Positions 13,472 through 26,493 of a DNA stretch of 64,000 nt are shown here, piece by piece (the stretch's first letter is position 1; every line of letters starts with the position of its first letter). Location: assembly GCF_000143415.4 (NCBI RefSeq), contig NW_003314394.1, forward strand, positions 1 through 64,000, in the 5' to 3' direction. Origin of the DNA: Selaginella moellendorffii. Lineage: Eukaryota > Plantae > Lycopodiophyta. A program made the position numbers and the translations under genes. The notes under the pieces were generated by a model. That model saw only the letters and a program-made list of their open reading frames with translations. It did not search any database and had not been told where the DNA came from.

Positions 13472-15878
13472 TTGAAGTTCATTGTTATCACTTGTAAACC
13501 TTTAGAGGTACAAGAGAAACTTGGAAATTGCAAACATACTTTTTGGAACCTCCAGGATCTTCCCTTCAACAAACTTTGTGATCTACAATACCTCCACAAA
13601 TGCAAACTTTACACCAAGAGGTTACAAGCAAAATTTGGCGTTTATGGTATTCCTGAATTAGCCTTGGTTCAGCTGTGTTACCCACATTAGAGGGGAGTTA
13701 ACATAGCTCAAATGTCTCCTTCCATTTAACAAGTCATACAATTGGCTTTGAATGCAGACCTCAAATACAAGGAGTGGGAGTTGATGAGCAAAGAATGCTC
13801 TGATTGGCCTCGTTTACAACCTCGGCATGTGACAGGAGACTTCATATTCAGCAAGTCCTCAAGAAATTGCCATCTACCATAGGGAAACAAGTGTCAATTC
13901 CATCAACTTCACTTCCTCCCCAAGAGTGGCTAAAACTAATAGACAATATGAAGTTGGACAAGTGTTTTGATTGTAGAGCAAAGGGACATAGATAGGTTTG
14001 TAAGTCTTATATAGGTCAGCAATAAGGAGCAAGCATGAGCAGGTTGACGAGCATTTCAACAAAATGGTGAGGGAAATCTCATTCCAGTTGCTTTTGAGGA
14101 TTTGGATTTGGAGTAAGAGATTTTCGTTTAGGAGGGAAAATTTCTGTCTCAAGCTCCTGGGGAAGAAGCCACATTGGGAGCCACCATTTCATTGCCTAGG
14201 AAAACAGGACTCAAGTGCATTTGGGTAAAAGGGGCAGTCTTAGGTTGTAAAGCACATTGGTAAACTTAGGAGCTTCACATTCCTTTGTGACTGCTCATAG
14301 CTTTGGTTGATAACCAAGCCAGCTCTCATTGGGGATCACACATTGAATCAAGTTAGAATCACTCTCTATTGCAGTTAACTCTTCAATAATTCATCTTAGC
14401 CCATTTGCATCACATGTGCTTCTTGTTCTTAAGGACTGTTTGTGGAGGATTACAGGGCTCTTAACAGGAGAGCTGTCAAGAACAAGCTTCCTGTTCCCAG
14501 GGTAAATGAGCTTTTGGATGAGGCAGTACCAAGATTGACCTTTGTTTTGGTTAATATGAGATTGCCATAAGGCCAAGACAATGTTCAGGACTCACTGTTG
14601 AGGTTTGTTTCATTTCAAAGTAATGCCCTCTGGCCTTACTAATGTGCCTGCCATGTTCATGAACAAGCTTTTGGCTAAGTATCTTTTCCAGTTCATTATC
14701 GTTTTGTTCATGACATACTAATCTATAGTCAGGACTGGATTGGAAAATGGTGTTATCAATTTTGGAGAGCAATATTTACAAAGTTATTCATGTGTTCTTT
14801 GGGAATGGAGACCATTCAATACCTCAGATTTTGGTAAGGTATGGGCTGATCAATCAAAATTACAAGTTGTTGCAAATTGGCCACTTCCCAAGTCTTTAAA
14901 GCATTTACAAGTATTTTATGGTTTTGCCAACTATCTATGTTGCTTTATATTGTGACCCCATTTGGCAATATTTCCTGCTCTTCTATGGTCAGATGCAGCA
15001 CAATCGTTTGAGTTGTTGAAGTAACGACTTCTAACTGCACCATTACTTTCACTTTCAGATTCCTTGGAACCATTTATTGTTAAGATTGATACTTCAGATA
15101 TGAGTGGTTCTTCGCCAAGGAGAGGAAATAGTGGCCTTTGATAGTCATAGTTTCTCTATTTATGAGTCTAAAATACCAGTGTATGAACAAGAAAGGTGGC
15201 CATTATCCATGCCATTGGTCACTAGTGCCACTACTTATTGCCTCAATGGTTTACACTCAGGACAGACCATTATAGCTTGAAATTCATTTTGGAGTAACAA
15301 CAGTTATCCAAAAAGTAATAACACTAGGTGGAACAACTTCAAGCCTTGGATTTCACTATGAAGTTCTGGCTAGGGAAAAGCATTCTTCCATAGGCATTAT
15401 CACAACAATTTGAATGTCTCAAAGTGTTAACGTTCTCTAGTATTTCCAGATGGGAAGCAACGTATGTGAATAAGATTCTACTCACTAGATTTGACACTAT
15501 TGGGTATTTGGCAACAGTTCTGTGACAATCCCGATTATACAGATGACAAGCTGACATTTCATAAGAACTTATTATGGCGGTCTTATAGTTCTCAGTTCAA
15601 GTCGTGATTTAAGCAAGGAGATCTTTCAGGAGTGTCATGCAAGCATTCTGGCACCCTGATGTTTGGAGAACAACAACTGCAATCAAATAATGGTTTTACA
15701 TATTTGAAAGGTTTGCAACTGGACACATATCTGTTCTACCTATCAAACATAGAAAGGTCTTTTGGTTCCATTACCAGCTGCCTCTTCATCCAAATAGTAT
15801 TTCAATGGACTTTATTGTGGGCATCCCTTCAGTGCATAGCCATGATGCTATTTTTGTAGTGGTGGACAGTTTTTCTCC
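13472..15878 (+). mobile_element. Degenerate Ty3/gypsy gag-pol (zinc knuckle, protease, RT, RNase H, integrase N-half)
   Basis: CFDCRAKGH knuckle (~13960), LVNLGASHSFV protease-like (~14260), MPSGLTNVPA RT motif (~14623), TDHYSLK RNase H (~15260), SMDFIVGIP...DAIFVVVDSF integrase (15820-15875). Many stops and frameshifts. Confidence 0.85.
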
Positions 15879-15944
15879 CTACATCTTCAACAAGCTCAGC
15901 ACATCAGAAAGCTGAATCCTTTTGGTCTGAGGTAGTCCAGCATC

Positions 15945-16620
15945 ACGGTTTTCCATGGAGCACCCATAGCTCCAGCTCACACTGTCTTCAACATAGACAA
16001 TAAGCATAGCTGAAATAATCGCCCCAACCATCATGGACATGTAATAGCAGCTGAAGAAGGTGCTGGCCTGCTTCTGTTCAAGAGGATCCTCCTTATCAAA
16101 CTGATTGCCTCTGAACGATGAGATGCAAGGCTGATATCCTCCATAACCCACGGCTACTGTGTAAAGTCCAAGATCTAGAAGCGCTTCTTGTTCCAATGTG
16201 CTAACAGAGCATTTTGACACATTCGTTTCACAAGGAGAAGGTTTTAGCAAGGGCAGAGTTATGTGACTGTAAGTACCACCATTCCTTGAATGATAACAGG
16301 TTAGGGAATGAGATTTTATTCTCAACCTCTTCCCAGAAGGTAAATATGAAATTTGTAAATTTGTACGGAATCCACCCAGCAAGGAACTGAGGTTTCCATG
16401 GAATTAAGAACGGCATTAGCTGCTTCTGAAATATGCTTATGTAGTACACTACTGAGATAGAGAATTAAGTTAGTCCAAACAGAAGCAAATGTTTGAGTTC
16501 CTCAAAGTTAAACTAAGAACAGTTCCAACATAACCCCAAATATATCGAGATGTGGCAGGCCAATTGGTTGTTGCATCCTTCCATTCCACAAGAAACAAGG
16601 ATCAGCCCAGCACTAATAAA
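15945..16620 (-). pseudogene. NPF (NRT1/PTR) transporter pseudogene, copy 1, 3'-truncated
   Basis: LGLYTVAVGYGGYQPCISSF.GNQFDKEDP.E....STFF.CYYMS...VYVEDSVSW is an NPF signature. Near-duplicate of 19635-20290. Confidence 0.85.
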
Positions 16621-17073
16621 GAAATAAAGGATTGCAACTGCTCTGTTATAATTCCTCAGCCGCATTATTAGCAGGCCCTTGTCTGCATCAGGAATCGTGA
16701 CAGATAAAAAAGTCCCCGATTGTGCATCTAGCCTCTACAACATTCTAGAAAGACCTTGCCAGACTCCAGTTTTCAATTCACTTTCCAGAAGCCTGATCGC
16801 GCTCCACAAAACGCCACATAAGAACCCTAGCTGAAGGCGGGAGAATGTTTAAACTTTAGAGCTTGTGTTTCATGGATCTTTTATTTTGTTATCCAGACAT
16901 CAGAACACGTCTCGAAACAAATACCGTCGTCCAGAATAGGTCATGGAGAAGCTCCAACCTTTGCTGAACCTGTCCCCCAGAAGGTCTACAATACTGACTC
17001 ACTGGCCTGTTTTTCTGCTGGTGGAAATTTTGCAACCCGTGTTTGAACTTAACTTCTAAATAAGTTTATGTGA

Positions 17074-18657
17074 TCATGGGAGTATGAAGCTGGTAATCTG
17101 ATCGTGCACGACAGTTCCAAACCAGATCTTCCCATCTTTTTCATACACTTCGCTTATAAGTTTCACGATCCGGGCCTCGCGGTCTTCCAGCCGCCGGAGC
17201 AACCGCCCCCGCTTGTCAAACAGCGCCGCAACTGAGTACATCTTCTCCCCGACTACGTACATGATCCAGCTCAAGGGAACCGGCACCCGGAACACGAGCG
17301 ACTTTAGCCACGGAGTGGAGCTCATGATCTCCTGGATCCTGTTTCGGCAGCAGTCGATGGCCACCCAGAACTGGCCCTTGTCGTTGATACGAACGTTGTC
17401 AGGATAGCCGGGAAGATCAGCGAAAACTTCGAGAGTTCCAGTTAAGTTACCTTTGAGCCATAACTTGAGAACCCTGTCAAGAACACGAGCAAAGTTTTTT
17501 AAGAGAAGCTACTGATGCCATATCAAAATACAACAAGATCAATATGTATAACCTGCAATTGGTTGTCTCGACTACCAGGAGGAAAGATTGATCGCTTGCG
17601 AGCTGGACTCCGTTAGCAAATGCTAGGCCGCGAAGAACCACCACGGCGTTGCCTGTGTTTGGATCATACCGAAGTAGACGGCCTGTATTCTCTCCTTCAA
17701 CGATCACCATGTGATGTAACCTGTATTGAAATGGAAAGAAAAAAGAGCAAGAAAAAGAAGCCATAGTAAAAAGAGTGTTAAAAAAACATTTCTGGCAAAA
17801 AACTGCGACTCAAAGAGCATGGAAGACCAGCTATACAAAGAACAAGAAAAAGAGCAAAGTGTCATGGAAGTTGAAGAAAGAAACTCTCCAAGAACAAAGA
17901 CCCGAAGTGGAAAATGAAAAGAACCTGCGATTCCAGCGCGTGCTTGTGTCGGTAAAGTAGACGGATCCATTGGGATGAACATCGAGATCGTTGGCAAACT
18001 TGATAGGAATCCCTTCCACCTCGCTCACCAGAGGTCTCGCAATCCCACCCTTGGGGCCAACAACGAGCAAACCATAGTAAGAATCGGCAATGTAGAGATC
18101 GCCCGAGCGAGGATCGAAGCGCAATCCCAGCGGCCTGCCACAGACGTGCTCGTTCCTCACCCGCCGTCGCGGATCGTCTCCATTGTCGCATTCTTCCCTG
18201 TTCCTGCAAAGAAAGAAGATGAAGAACCCCACCCTAGAAAATATTTTGCTTACCAGTTGATCGATGAGAGGGCAAACGTTTCCCATCCGCGATCCGGCAT
18301 CCAGCGAACGATCCGGCCATCGCCCAGCCCAGTGTAAGGCCCATTCCCCTGTGGATCGAACTCGATGCTCTCGGGGCCGAAGAGGCGATCCTGGAACTCG
18401 ATGCTTGCGAATTGGAGCAAGCTATCGTTGCGCGATGGCCACTTGGGCAGGACGCTCTTAAGAGGAGCGATCTGGTGCTTCACGGGGTAGTATTTGAGGC
18501 CGCCCAGCGGCCCAGGCAGGATCGCGCAAAGAATCGCGGCTGTGGCGGCTATAATGGCGATGGACACAAATCTCTTCTTGTTCTTGAGCTTGGAGAAGGC
18601 GCCGTCTTTGAAGTGTAGCTCCATTGATTGATCCAAGACTCTTTCCGGAGAAACCAT
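17074..18657 (-). CDS. LAP3: Strictosidine synthase-like protein, LAP3/SSL13/MS45 type. Exons 18657(or 18624)-18254, 18203-17925, 17720-17553, 17473-17074
   Basis: GT-AG introns splice in frame to an intact 405-416 aa protein with an N-terminal TM segment and motifs GPESIEFDPQGNGPYTGLGDGR, CGRPLGLRF, FANDLD, FANGVQL, LPGYPDNVR. FWVAIDCCR is typical of the LAP3/MS45 clade. Orthology is inferred from motifs. Confidence 0.9.
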
Positions 18658-18890
18658 TCAAATTTTCTTCCAAGCTTCTTCTTTTCTTCTTCCATGCCAA
18701 TTTCATGGGACACGAAATTGTGGAGTCGCACCTACCCAAACGTACTATCTTACTACCCTAAATCTCTTCTTTTGTAAAGTCCTTATAACCATGGCACTGG
18801 GAAATGGCACTGTCCAATGACAATGGTGCGCATTGTCCGGACTGTTGTGTTGATTATATCGTCGTTCTCCAAGAAGTTGCCCAATAGCAA

Positions 18891-20266
18891 TCAGTAGCTG
18901 CCAGAAGACGCTTGGAAGAGTGTTCTTGCAACAGACTTCAACCTGAAGATTTTCACAACAGCGGCACAGACCATTGCAGTTGTTACAACTACCTTGCCGA
19001 TTCCCATTCGTTGCAGGTTGGTATTCCGCGCTCTTTGCCTGTTAACGTACGGGCTGCTGGAACTAGAAGCCACTCATATGCAGGACTGCATATGATGACA
19101 CTTAGCGTGCAAAATGTTGACAGAGATCCTGGTGGTATTTTGAAGTTGCCTACCAGCGTGTTCATACCAGCGCCTTGCTCGACAAACAGAGTGCTCACTT
19201 GTGTGTACAATGTTGAGAATATAATCGTTGTTGACCTACATTTCACCTCTTCAACTTGCGTGACTGTGCAAAGCCGTCATGAAATGTTAATATCATCGTG
19301 GGTATTGAGTTTCACTGCTGCCTTGTCAAGAAATCTAGGAAGGAAAAATGTCCGAGTTATAGTCGGCTACAGGTCTGAAAGTTTTAAGTGTTTACCTGAA
19401 ATTGGGAGTATGCTAGATCTTACGACTTCCTTGTATAGCAGAAACAGCAGAGTCAACCTCGTAAAGCTGAGAGCTGTCTGAGGGAACTTCTACATACAGT
19501 TTCAAAGCGGCTGCAATGAAGACCTTGACTACTCTGGTTAAAGGATTACCACCAGTTTTTTTATGCCGATGTAGCCGAGTGCCAATCAAGAAGATTATAA
19601 TCGATGCTGCTGCAGCAGCTGTAGATATAGTGAACCCACAGCTCCAGCTCACACTGTCTTCAACATAGACAATAAGCTGAAATAATTGCTCCAACCATCA
19701 TGGACATGTAATACCAGCTGAAGAAGGTGGTGACCTGCTTCTGTTCAAGAGGATCCTCCTTATCAAATTGATTGCCTCCAAACGATGAGATGCAAAGCTG
19801 ATATCCTCCATAACCCACGGCTACTGTGTAAAGTCCAAGATACAGTAGCGCTTTCTGTTCCAGTGTGCTAACAGAGCATGTTGACACGTTCATTTTGCAA
19901 GGAGAAGGTTTTAGTGAAGTTATGGTGAGTGTAAGTACCACCATTCCCTAAATGATAACATGTGAGAGAACGAAATTCTGTTCTCAACCTCTTACCAGAA
20001 GGTAGATGGTAAGAAATATGAGATTTGTACGATATTTTCCCCAGTAAGCACTGAATTATACTCATTTAGTACTCAAGAAAAATCTGAAAATGCAAACTAA
20101 GATAAAAGGAACAACATACCCAGAATATATGGTGATGTGCACCATCCACCTGTTGAGCCCTTGGCTGCAGACTTCCCAAACCAATCCACAGTCCCATCTT
20201 TGGTTGTTGCATCCTGCTGCTCCTGCTCCAATTCCTCATGAATCTTGTCCATTCCACAAGAAACAA
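18891..20266 (-). pseudogene. NPF (NRT1/PTR) transporter pseudogene, copy 2
   Basis: N-terminal exon DGTVDWFGKSAAK.STGGW, GGNQFDKEDP, GGNPLTRV.KVFIAA, LDKAV, CTVTQVEEVK, YTQVSTLFVEQGAGM. Frameshifts, missing exons and no C-terminus. Confidence 0.88.
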
Positions 20267-21109
20267 GGATCAGCCCTACACTAATGAAGAACTAACACAC
20301 ATGTAAGTGCTCAAATAGTCTTATAAAGATTGTTCCACTAGAGGTAATTTTTTTCCCTTAGCCAATCAAATGAGTTGAGATCTAATAAAGTTGCCTACCA
20401 CTTTGGGATGGTATCAACTAATAAAATTTTGAGTCATTAGAAGTGGTGATTCAGAATTGGGTGCTAAAACTTCCATACTAAATTTGAGATAAAAGATGAA
20501 TTTAGAAAGTCAAGAAAGAATCAAATAGGAGCTTTTGCATTTTTTAAGGATTTCAATCATACTTAAATATATATGCAATAGGCATCTGCATTAAATTCAA
20601 GCACAATCATCAAAATTTCATACAAATATCCAGGTAGAGACTAGCAATTGAATTAGCCTGGAGCTCCCACACCACCTCATCACTGTCTATTGTGTGATAT
20701 GGCTGAGGTGGGGGACATATATAACATTAGCTCCATGATCTCCAAGTTAAATTAAAAATGGTTATTTTGTTTTATTTTTTATTTTTTATGACAAGCCCAT
20801 GTGGGATGAAAAAGATCCACCATATGTATCTTTTGCTCCATCATCATTATCATGTAGGGACCAAGTGCTTTGTATGTTGGAGGCCTATAAGATGTAATCT
20901 AAAGTGTCTATCTATGAGTACAACTGCTTCAAGGATTTGGTTATAAGGCTATTAATAAAGATGTGATTAGAAAGGCCTTTAACAAAATGAAGAGCTCTTG
21001 ATATTAGAAAGTAGATTCACATTCCATCCCCAAAATCAAAGAATTGAAACATTCAAAAAAGACATTTCTACAAACACAAAAGTTTACCTAAATTTGAAAA
21101 TGTGGCTTC

Positions 21110-21292
21110 ACATTTGGTGCCAATCCACAATTCTTATATACAATGAAATTGGTATGGAAAAAATAGAAGAAGGTAGCAAGAAGGTTGAGGAAAGAATCTT
21201 GGATCAATCTATGAAGCTAAGTATCTTCTTCTTAAAAGATTGTAACTTTTCCAAGCTCGAGAATAAAATTTGTCCCCTTTATCATAGCAAAT
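21110..21292 (+). pseudogene. Inverted, decayed copy of the LAP3-like 5' UTR/N-terminus
   Basis: NEIGMEKIEE...ERILDQSMKL...KDCNFSKLENK aligns with HEIGMEEEK and ERVLDQSMELHFKDGAFSKLKNK at 18740-18550 (-). Confidence 0.7.
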
Positions 21293-21382
21293 AAAGTTAT
21301 AATTCATTTTTAAATCCTGCACTAGCAAGATATAGATAGAGGTGGAACTCTATCCTTAGACCACCAGAATGTTGAAATAGTG

Positions 21383-21745
21383 TTAAACTTTGTTTAAATT
21401 TATTTTATATACTAGTATTGGCTTTGAGATTTTGGATGTTATTATAAATTTATGTATGAGTATTGGAAGCTATTTGTTAGCAAGTCCTTTTAAATATATT
21501 TCTTTTACTACCATGACAACAAAAGGTTGGTATTGTTAATTCCCTTTATCAGTCTCCACCCAAACTAAACTTTGTTTAACTTTATTTTACGTACTAGTAT
21601 TGGCTTTGAGATTTTAGATGCTATCATAAATTTATCTATAGGTATTAGAAGTTATTTGTTTATAAGTCTTTTTAGATATTTTTCTTTTACTACCATGATA
21701 GTAGAAGATTGGTATTGTTAATTCCTTTTATCAATCCTTACCCAA
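21383..21745. repeat. Direct tandem duplication, 2 x ~180 bp, AT-rich
   Basis: TAAACTTTGTTTAA...ATCAGTCTCCACCCAA (21383-21563) repeated at 21566-21745. Confidence 0.85.
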
Positions 21746-21749
21746 GCTA

Positions 21750-22628
21750 GTTTAGAAACTAGTTTACACATATGCATTTAACTAAAAGAGCATAAAAATG
21801 AAATTCTTAAGTGCTATCAGTTAAACATATTTGACATGATTAGAGAAACTCATTTGTTGGCTTGCATTTGTTAGTGTTAAGAACTCTTTTGATATTGAGC
21901 TTAGTTTCTCAATACTCACTAAATGATAAATTATTATATTTGCTAAGGCACTCTTATTATCATTCCTCATCTATTGGTCCCATTTCAATTGCACTAGTTA
22001 TTTATGTAAAGTGTCTAGACCTACTAATTAAGAGATTATCTTGAAAATAACAGTGTTGTTTAGATTTGGAATATAATACCATTTCATATTTAGTTAGATT
22101 GTCCTAAAGACTAACTCGCAAACTAGGGTGAACACCTAAAGCATGCTTTTCTAAACCCTAAACTGGGGGAGGGCAATGAAGGGTTCCAAATGAATAATAA
22201 GGATAATGGGTAAATTGAGAATGATTGACCAACTTGAGATATTGTTATAGTTTCTTATTAGGCATATTTATCCTTGTTTTATATCTTTTTTAGGTCAAAG
22301 TCTAATTTCCATCCCATATTAGTTGGTGGAATATTCATATCCTTCCATTATGCCATTTGTATGCTGAAATAGCACTAAACTTTGTTTAGCACAGTTTGCA
22401 TCCTTGTCTTGGCATTCAATGCTTTAAGATTATTTTAATATCACTATGTCTTCTAATAGTTTGCTCCTTACTTGTATGCTTAGGAGTTCAACTTTATCCT
22501 TTTGTTTAGTGATCCAAGATTTTGAAATTTTGAGTTCCACTTTATTGTCCTATGTGTCTAAGAGTTAGATTTTGCTCTATGGTTATCTTATAAATTGAAA
22601 ACCATATGCACTACATTTGGTATCAAAG
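21750..22628 (+). mobile_element. Decayed LTR ending in ...CTACA with tRNA-iMet PBS
   Basis: LTR end at 22615, PBS TGGTATCAAAG at 22618-22628. Similar to 11430-12090. Confidence 0.65.
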
Positions 22629-23559
22629 GATTATTTAGCAATTGCCAACTATGTCATCAACTTACACTAACAAAATATCTCGAAACTAAAAGACTCACAA
22701 GGAACAAACAACACTAAATTTATTATCCGTTACATTTGAGAGTTCCACCATACTTGAAACCTCAACCATAGCAAATAAGAGTATTAATTCTAAGTCAGCC
22801 ATCATATCTATAAGAATTAGAATAACCTTGAATTCAAACTTATATATCTCAAAGAGCTCAATATCAAGATTTGATTTGGAACACTAAAATTCTAATTACA
22901 GTCACTTAGATTGGAATAGAAGATATTAACTCTCAAGTTTATAGACAAATCTAACTCATTGACATTAACACAACAACAATAATTTAACTCAACTCATCAT
23001 AAAAATTCTTGTGACTAAATTGTGAAACTAATTTGCAATCTTCATTGAGATAATCCTAAAAGAAGTTCAAGAAATCATTAAAGCTTCACAATAGAAAACT
23101 CAAGTAGTATAAGACCACAAAAAACAATAATGGAATAGAATTAAAAGAAAAAGACACGAGAATTGAAAAAATCACAATTATGATATTTTTTATTTTTGAA
23201 TATAGGATACAAGAATACTCCTAAAGCCATTTAAGAATCAAAATTTAAGAAAGAATCTTCAACTTAGTTTACAACAAAAAAACTCAAGAAAACCATACCC
23301 TAATACATTTAGGAATCATCATCCATTGGGATAAATTTTTAGAAAAAAATATACAAGCTAGAGTTTTATATATGGAGATTTATTCTCAAGCTTTCTTGGA
23401 TTTCTCATATCTACCTAAATCAAAAGTACATTTGCTAAAGAGAAGAAATACAACATACACAAAATAAAATTAATTGAATCTACATGAGATTTCCAATCTT
23501 TCTAATTTAAGAAATTAAAAAACTCACTAGACAAAAATTCTTTTTAGGATACATCACAC

Positions 23560-24320
23560 CTGTTGATGTAACCATACACAATAATTTAATGGATAAATTG
23601 AGTGCACTAACCAAACTCTAGAAACATTTTTACAAAGCTACATGGTGGACTTCTCAACTAGGCTTCACTAGTTACCATTTGTGGAGCTAGCAAACAACAC
23701 CACAGTTCACTCATCCATGGGACTGGCTCCTTACTCAATCTTCTATGGACAAACAGTGGCCACCTTGGCTTTTTTAGTGAAGGGTGTGTTCTGCTGGTTG
23801 AAAACCATCTCACTGAGCTCACCACTATTCATCAGGTGGTAACTCAACATTTGGAGTTTGCTCGGGCCAGGATGACGTTCTATACAGAAAAATCTGACTC
23901 TCAACGCACTTTCTCAGTGGGGGTTTGGGTTTACGTCTGTTTCAAGCCCCAGTGTTATACATTGGGACAGCAAACAATAACTAGGACCAAGCTTCATCCA
24001 ATGTTTTGTGGCCTGTTCAAAATTCAAGAGTGAATCAATGAGGTGGCATTTCACTTGCAACTTTTAGCTTCAAGCAGGTCCATGATGTCTTCCACATCTT
24101 CGACTTTAAGCTATACCATGGAGAGCCACCACAAGAGCAAGTTCCCTTCCCAGCCTTGTTGCCAAGGGATCTTCCTTTGCTCATCCCAGAAAGTATTGTT
24201 TGCATCAATGTGTGTCCACTGAGGAGTAGGACCATCCTGCATTTCCTCATCCACTGGTCCAGTACCCATGATAGTGATACTTGGATCACTCAGCAACAGC
24301 TTGAGGAGCGCAAGCTTCTT
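23560..24320 (+). mobile_element. Ty3/gypsy integrase C-half plus chromodomain relic
   Basis: ECTNQTLETFLQSY, LPFVELANNTTVHSSMGLAPY, KLHPMFCGLFKI (GPF/Y-like), VHDVFH, PESIV...HFLIHWS...DTW chromodomain. Confidence 0.8.
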
Positions 24321-24382
24321 TTCAACTGGGTTCCGGTCTGGCCCTTGTGGACAAGATCATCACGGAACACGAGATTAGATTG

Positions 24383-25148
24383 AAAGGCAAAACTTCAACA
24401 TGCTTGGAAGATTTTCTTGAGTTGCTGCTGAAGCTCAGGCAAAACACTATTAGGGACTTGATGATCGTAAGTACTTATATTTCACTTCGTTTAAACTTAA
24501 CCAATGTTTAACAGAATTTACTTCAAGCTGCAACTGATACATCAATTAGCAATCTCACCCTGGACCATGGACATGCATGCTGGATGATTTACAAGCTTGG
24601 CCAAAGTCCATTCCAGGGACACAGATGATGAGATTGCTAATGTCATTGGCTCGAACATAATGGTGGAAGAGAGGGACATTCCTAAGCTTCCCTATCTGCA
24701 AGCAATCGTTAAAGAATCACTCAGACTTCATCCACCAGGACCTTTGCTCTTACCTCGAGAATGCTCCAAAACTTGCAAAGTGATGGGCTACAAAATCCTG
24801 GAAACTACTACTTTAATGGTGAATGCATATGCAATTGGAAGAGACCCAAAAGTTTGGAAGGAGCCCCTTAAGTTCAAACCCGAGAGGTTCTTGGATCACA
24901 ACTGCTTTGATGTTGGTGGCAACAACTTGGAGGTTATTCCATTTGGAGCAGGAAGCAGGGCTTGTCCTGGAATATCTATAGCATTCTCCATACTTCACTT
25001 GACGCTGGCAAACTTGGTTCATGCTTTTCACTGGAGACTGCCTGCTGGAGTGGTGCATATTGACACAAGAAACGAGAAATATGGACTCACTGTGACCCTA
25101 GCAAAGAAGCTGGAAGCCATCCCTCTCTCCAAAACTAAGTCATGCTAG
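24383..25148 (+). pseudogene. Cytochrome P450 (CYP71 clan), 5'-truncated, disrupted I-helix
   Basis: ELLQAATDTS I-helix remnant after an intron (~24468-24513), K-helix KESLRLHPP, FKPERF, heme motif FGAGSRACPG, stop at 25148. Confidence 0.88.
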
Positions 25149-25391
25149 AGAATATTGTGCAAAAACAATACAATGCAAGAAATGTGATCAGAGTTCAGGT
25201 GGTCATCCAGCCCAGTAAGAGCATGACCGTGAACAAATATGCACTTAAGATGTGATGGAACATGTGTTGGTGATTGTTTGCTTTGTATTCATGAATCACC
25301 AACAAATTAGAGAAAATTTGAAATATTCCCCATTTTGTCTCAAGAGATAATGTTTTATACATTGATTCACTAAGCAGGCCAATTTCCTATT

Positions 25392-25646
25392 TCAATTCCG
25401 TTTCCTGGGAACATGAAAGGTGAACAAACCAATTTGAATTGTTTTTAACATACCTTCCGGATCATAGAAAAAAGCTTGTTTTACCTTCCCACTTTGCTGC
25501 GTCTTTTCAAAGATCTCAATGCCCCTGTCTTGTTTCCGACAAAGAAATCTTAGTGGATTGAAAGACGAGAAGAAAACCTCTATAAGTTGGACTGCAGTAT
25601 TATAATTTTCCACATGAAATGCTAAGTGATCACTTTTGGCAAGCAA
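25392..25646 (-). pseudogene. Glyoxalase/VOC (lactoylglutathione lyase-like) 3' exons, 5' part missing
   Basis: SDHLAFHVEN...DRGIEIF...KQAFFYDPEG / NGIE is the VOC C-terminal motif, split by two short introns. Confidence 0.75.
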
Positions 25647-26493
25647 ACTTAAAACTTACTAAATATGGAATGGTATTAGATTGCGAGTTTAGACATAGGA
25701 AGAACACCATTGTGTTCAAAACAATCTCTACATTTCGTAAATATGCCAAATTAGCAAATTTAGAGACTCTCTATAAATAGCAATTGGGACCAAATAAGAT
25801 TAACACAAAGGATATGATAGTGAGGGTGTTTAGTAGACACGGTAAACTATCATCTAGCGATATTGAGGGATCAGTCTCAATTCGTAAAAGTTTTTGTCAA
25901 GCCAATGCAAGATAAAACAAAAGAGAATTAAGAACTAGGCCGAGTATGCTCAGTAAGAAACACATAAGAGTTCTTACCTTATGTTCATCTGGCTAAGTAC
26001 ATGTGCTAAGTGTAGTTTATTAACACTTGAACAAGAAGGACTAATAAAGGGTCTAGCAATATTGACCTCTTGTTGTTATAGTAGTAAGGAAAGAATATCT
26101 GAAAGGACTAGTTTAATAAGTAACTTTCAATACACATAGTCACATTCATGACACTCTCCCCTTCTTAGGGAAAATCGACATCTTTGTCAATACATAATGT
26201 AGTCTAGAACACCACCATGGAAACAACTCTAGAAAAAGTTTACAGTATTCACACTTTATGAGAAATGCACCAACTTAAATAAGTTATGAGGCAACCTTTT
26301 TTTCTAACGCAAATGTGTTACTAACTTAAACACCTTATAGCCATTGCCGACAAAGAAATGACTAACGAAGTTAGCCACCCTTGCTACTTTGGGTGTCACC
26401 CAGTTTACAAAAGTGTGATACGCCTCTGCCCACAGGGATATAGAGAGAGAAGCTAAAGGCTCCAGAAGCAAAGAAAGCAAACCTGTGGGTAAG

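Noticed and set aside
17074-25646. Biosynthetic gene cluster (strictosidine synthase + NPF transporter + P450 + VOC)
   Set aside because: NPFs, P450 and VOC are truncated pseudogenes. The SSL is LAP3-type rather than a true strictosidine synthase, and the P450 motifs do not look like sporopollenin CYP703/704.
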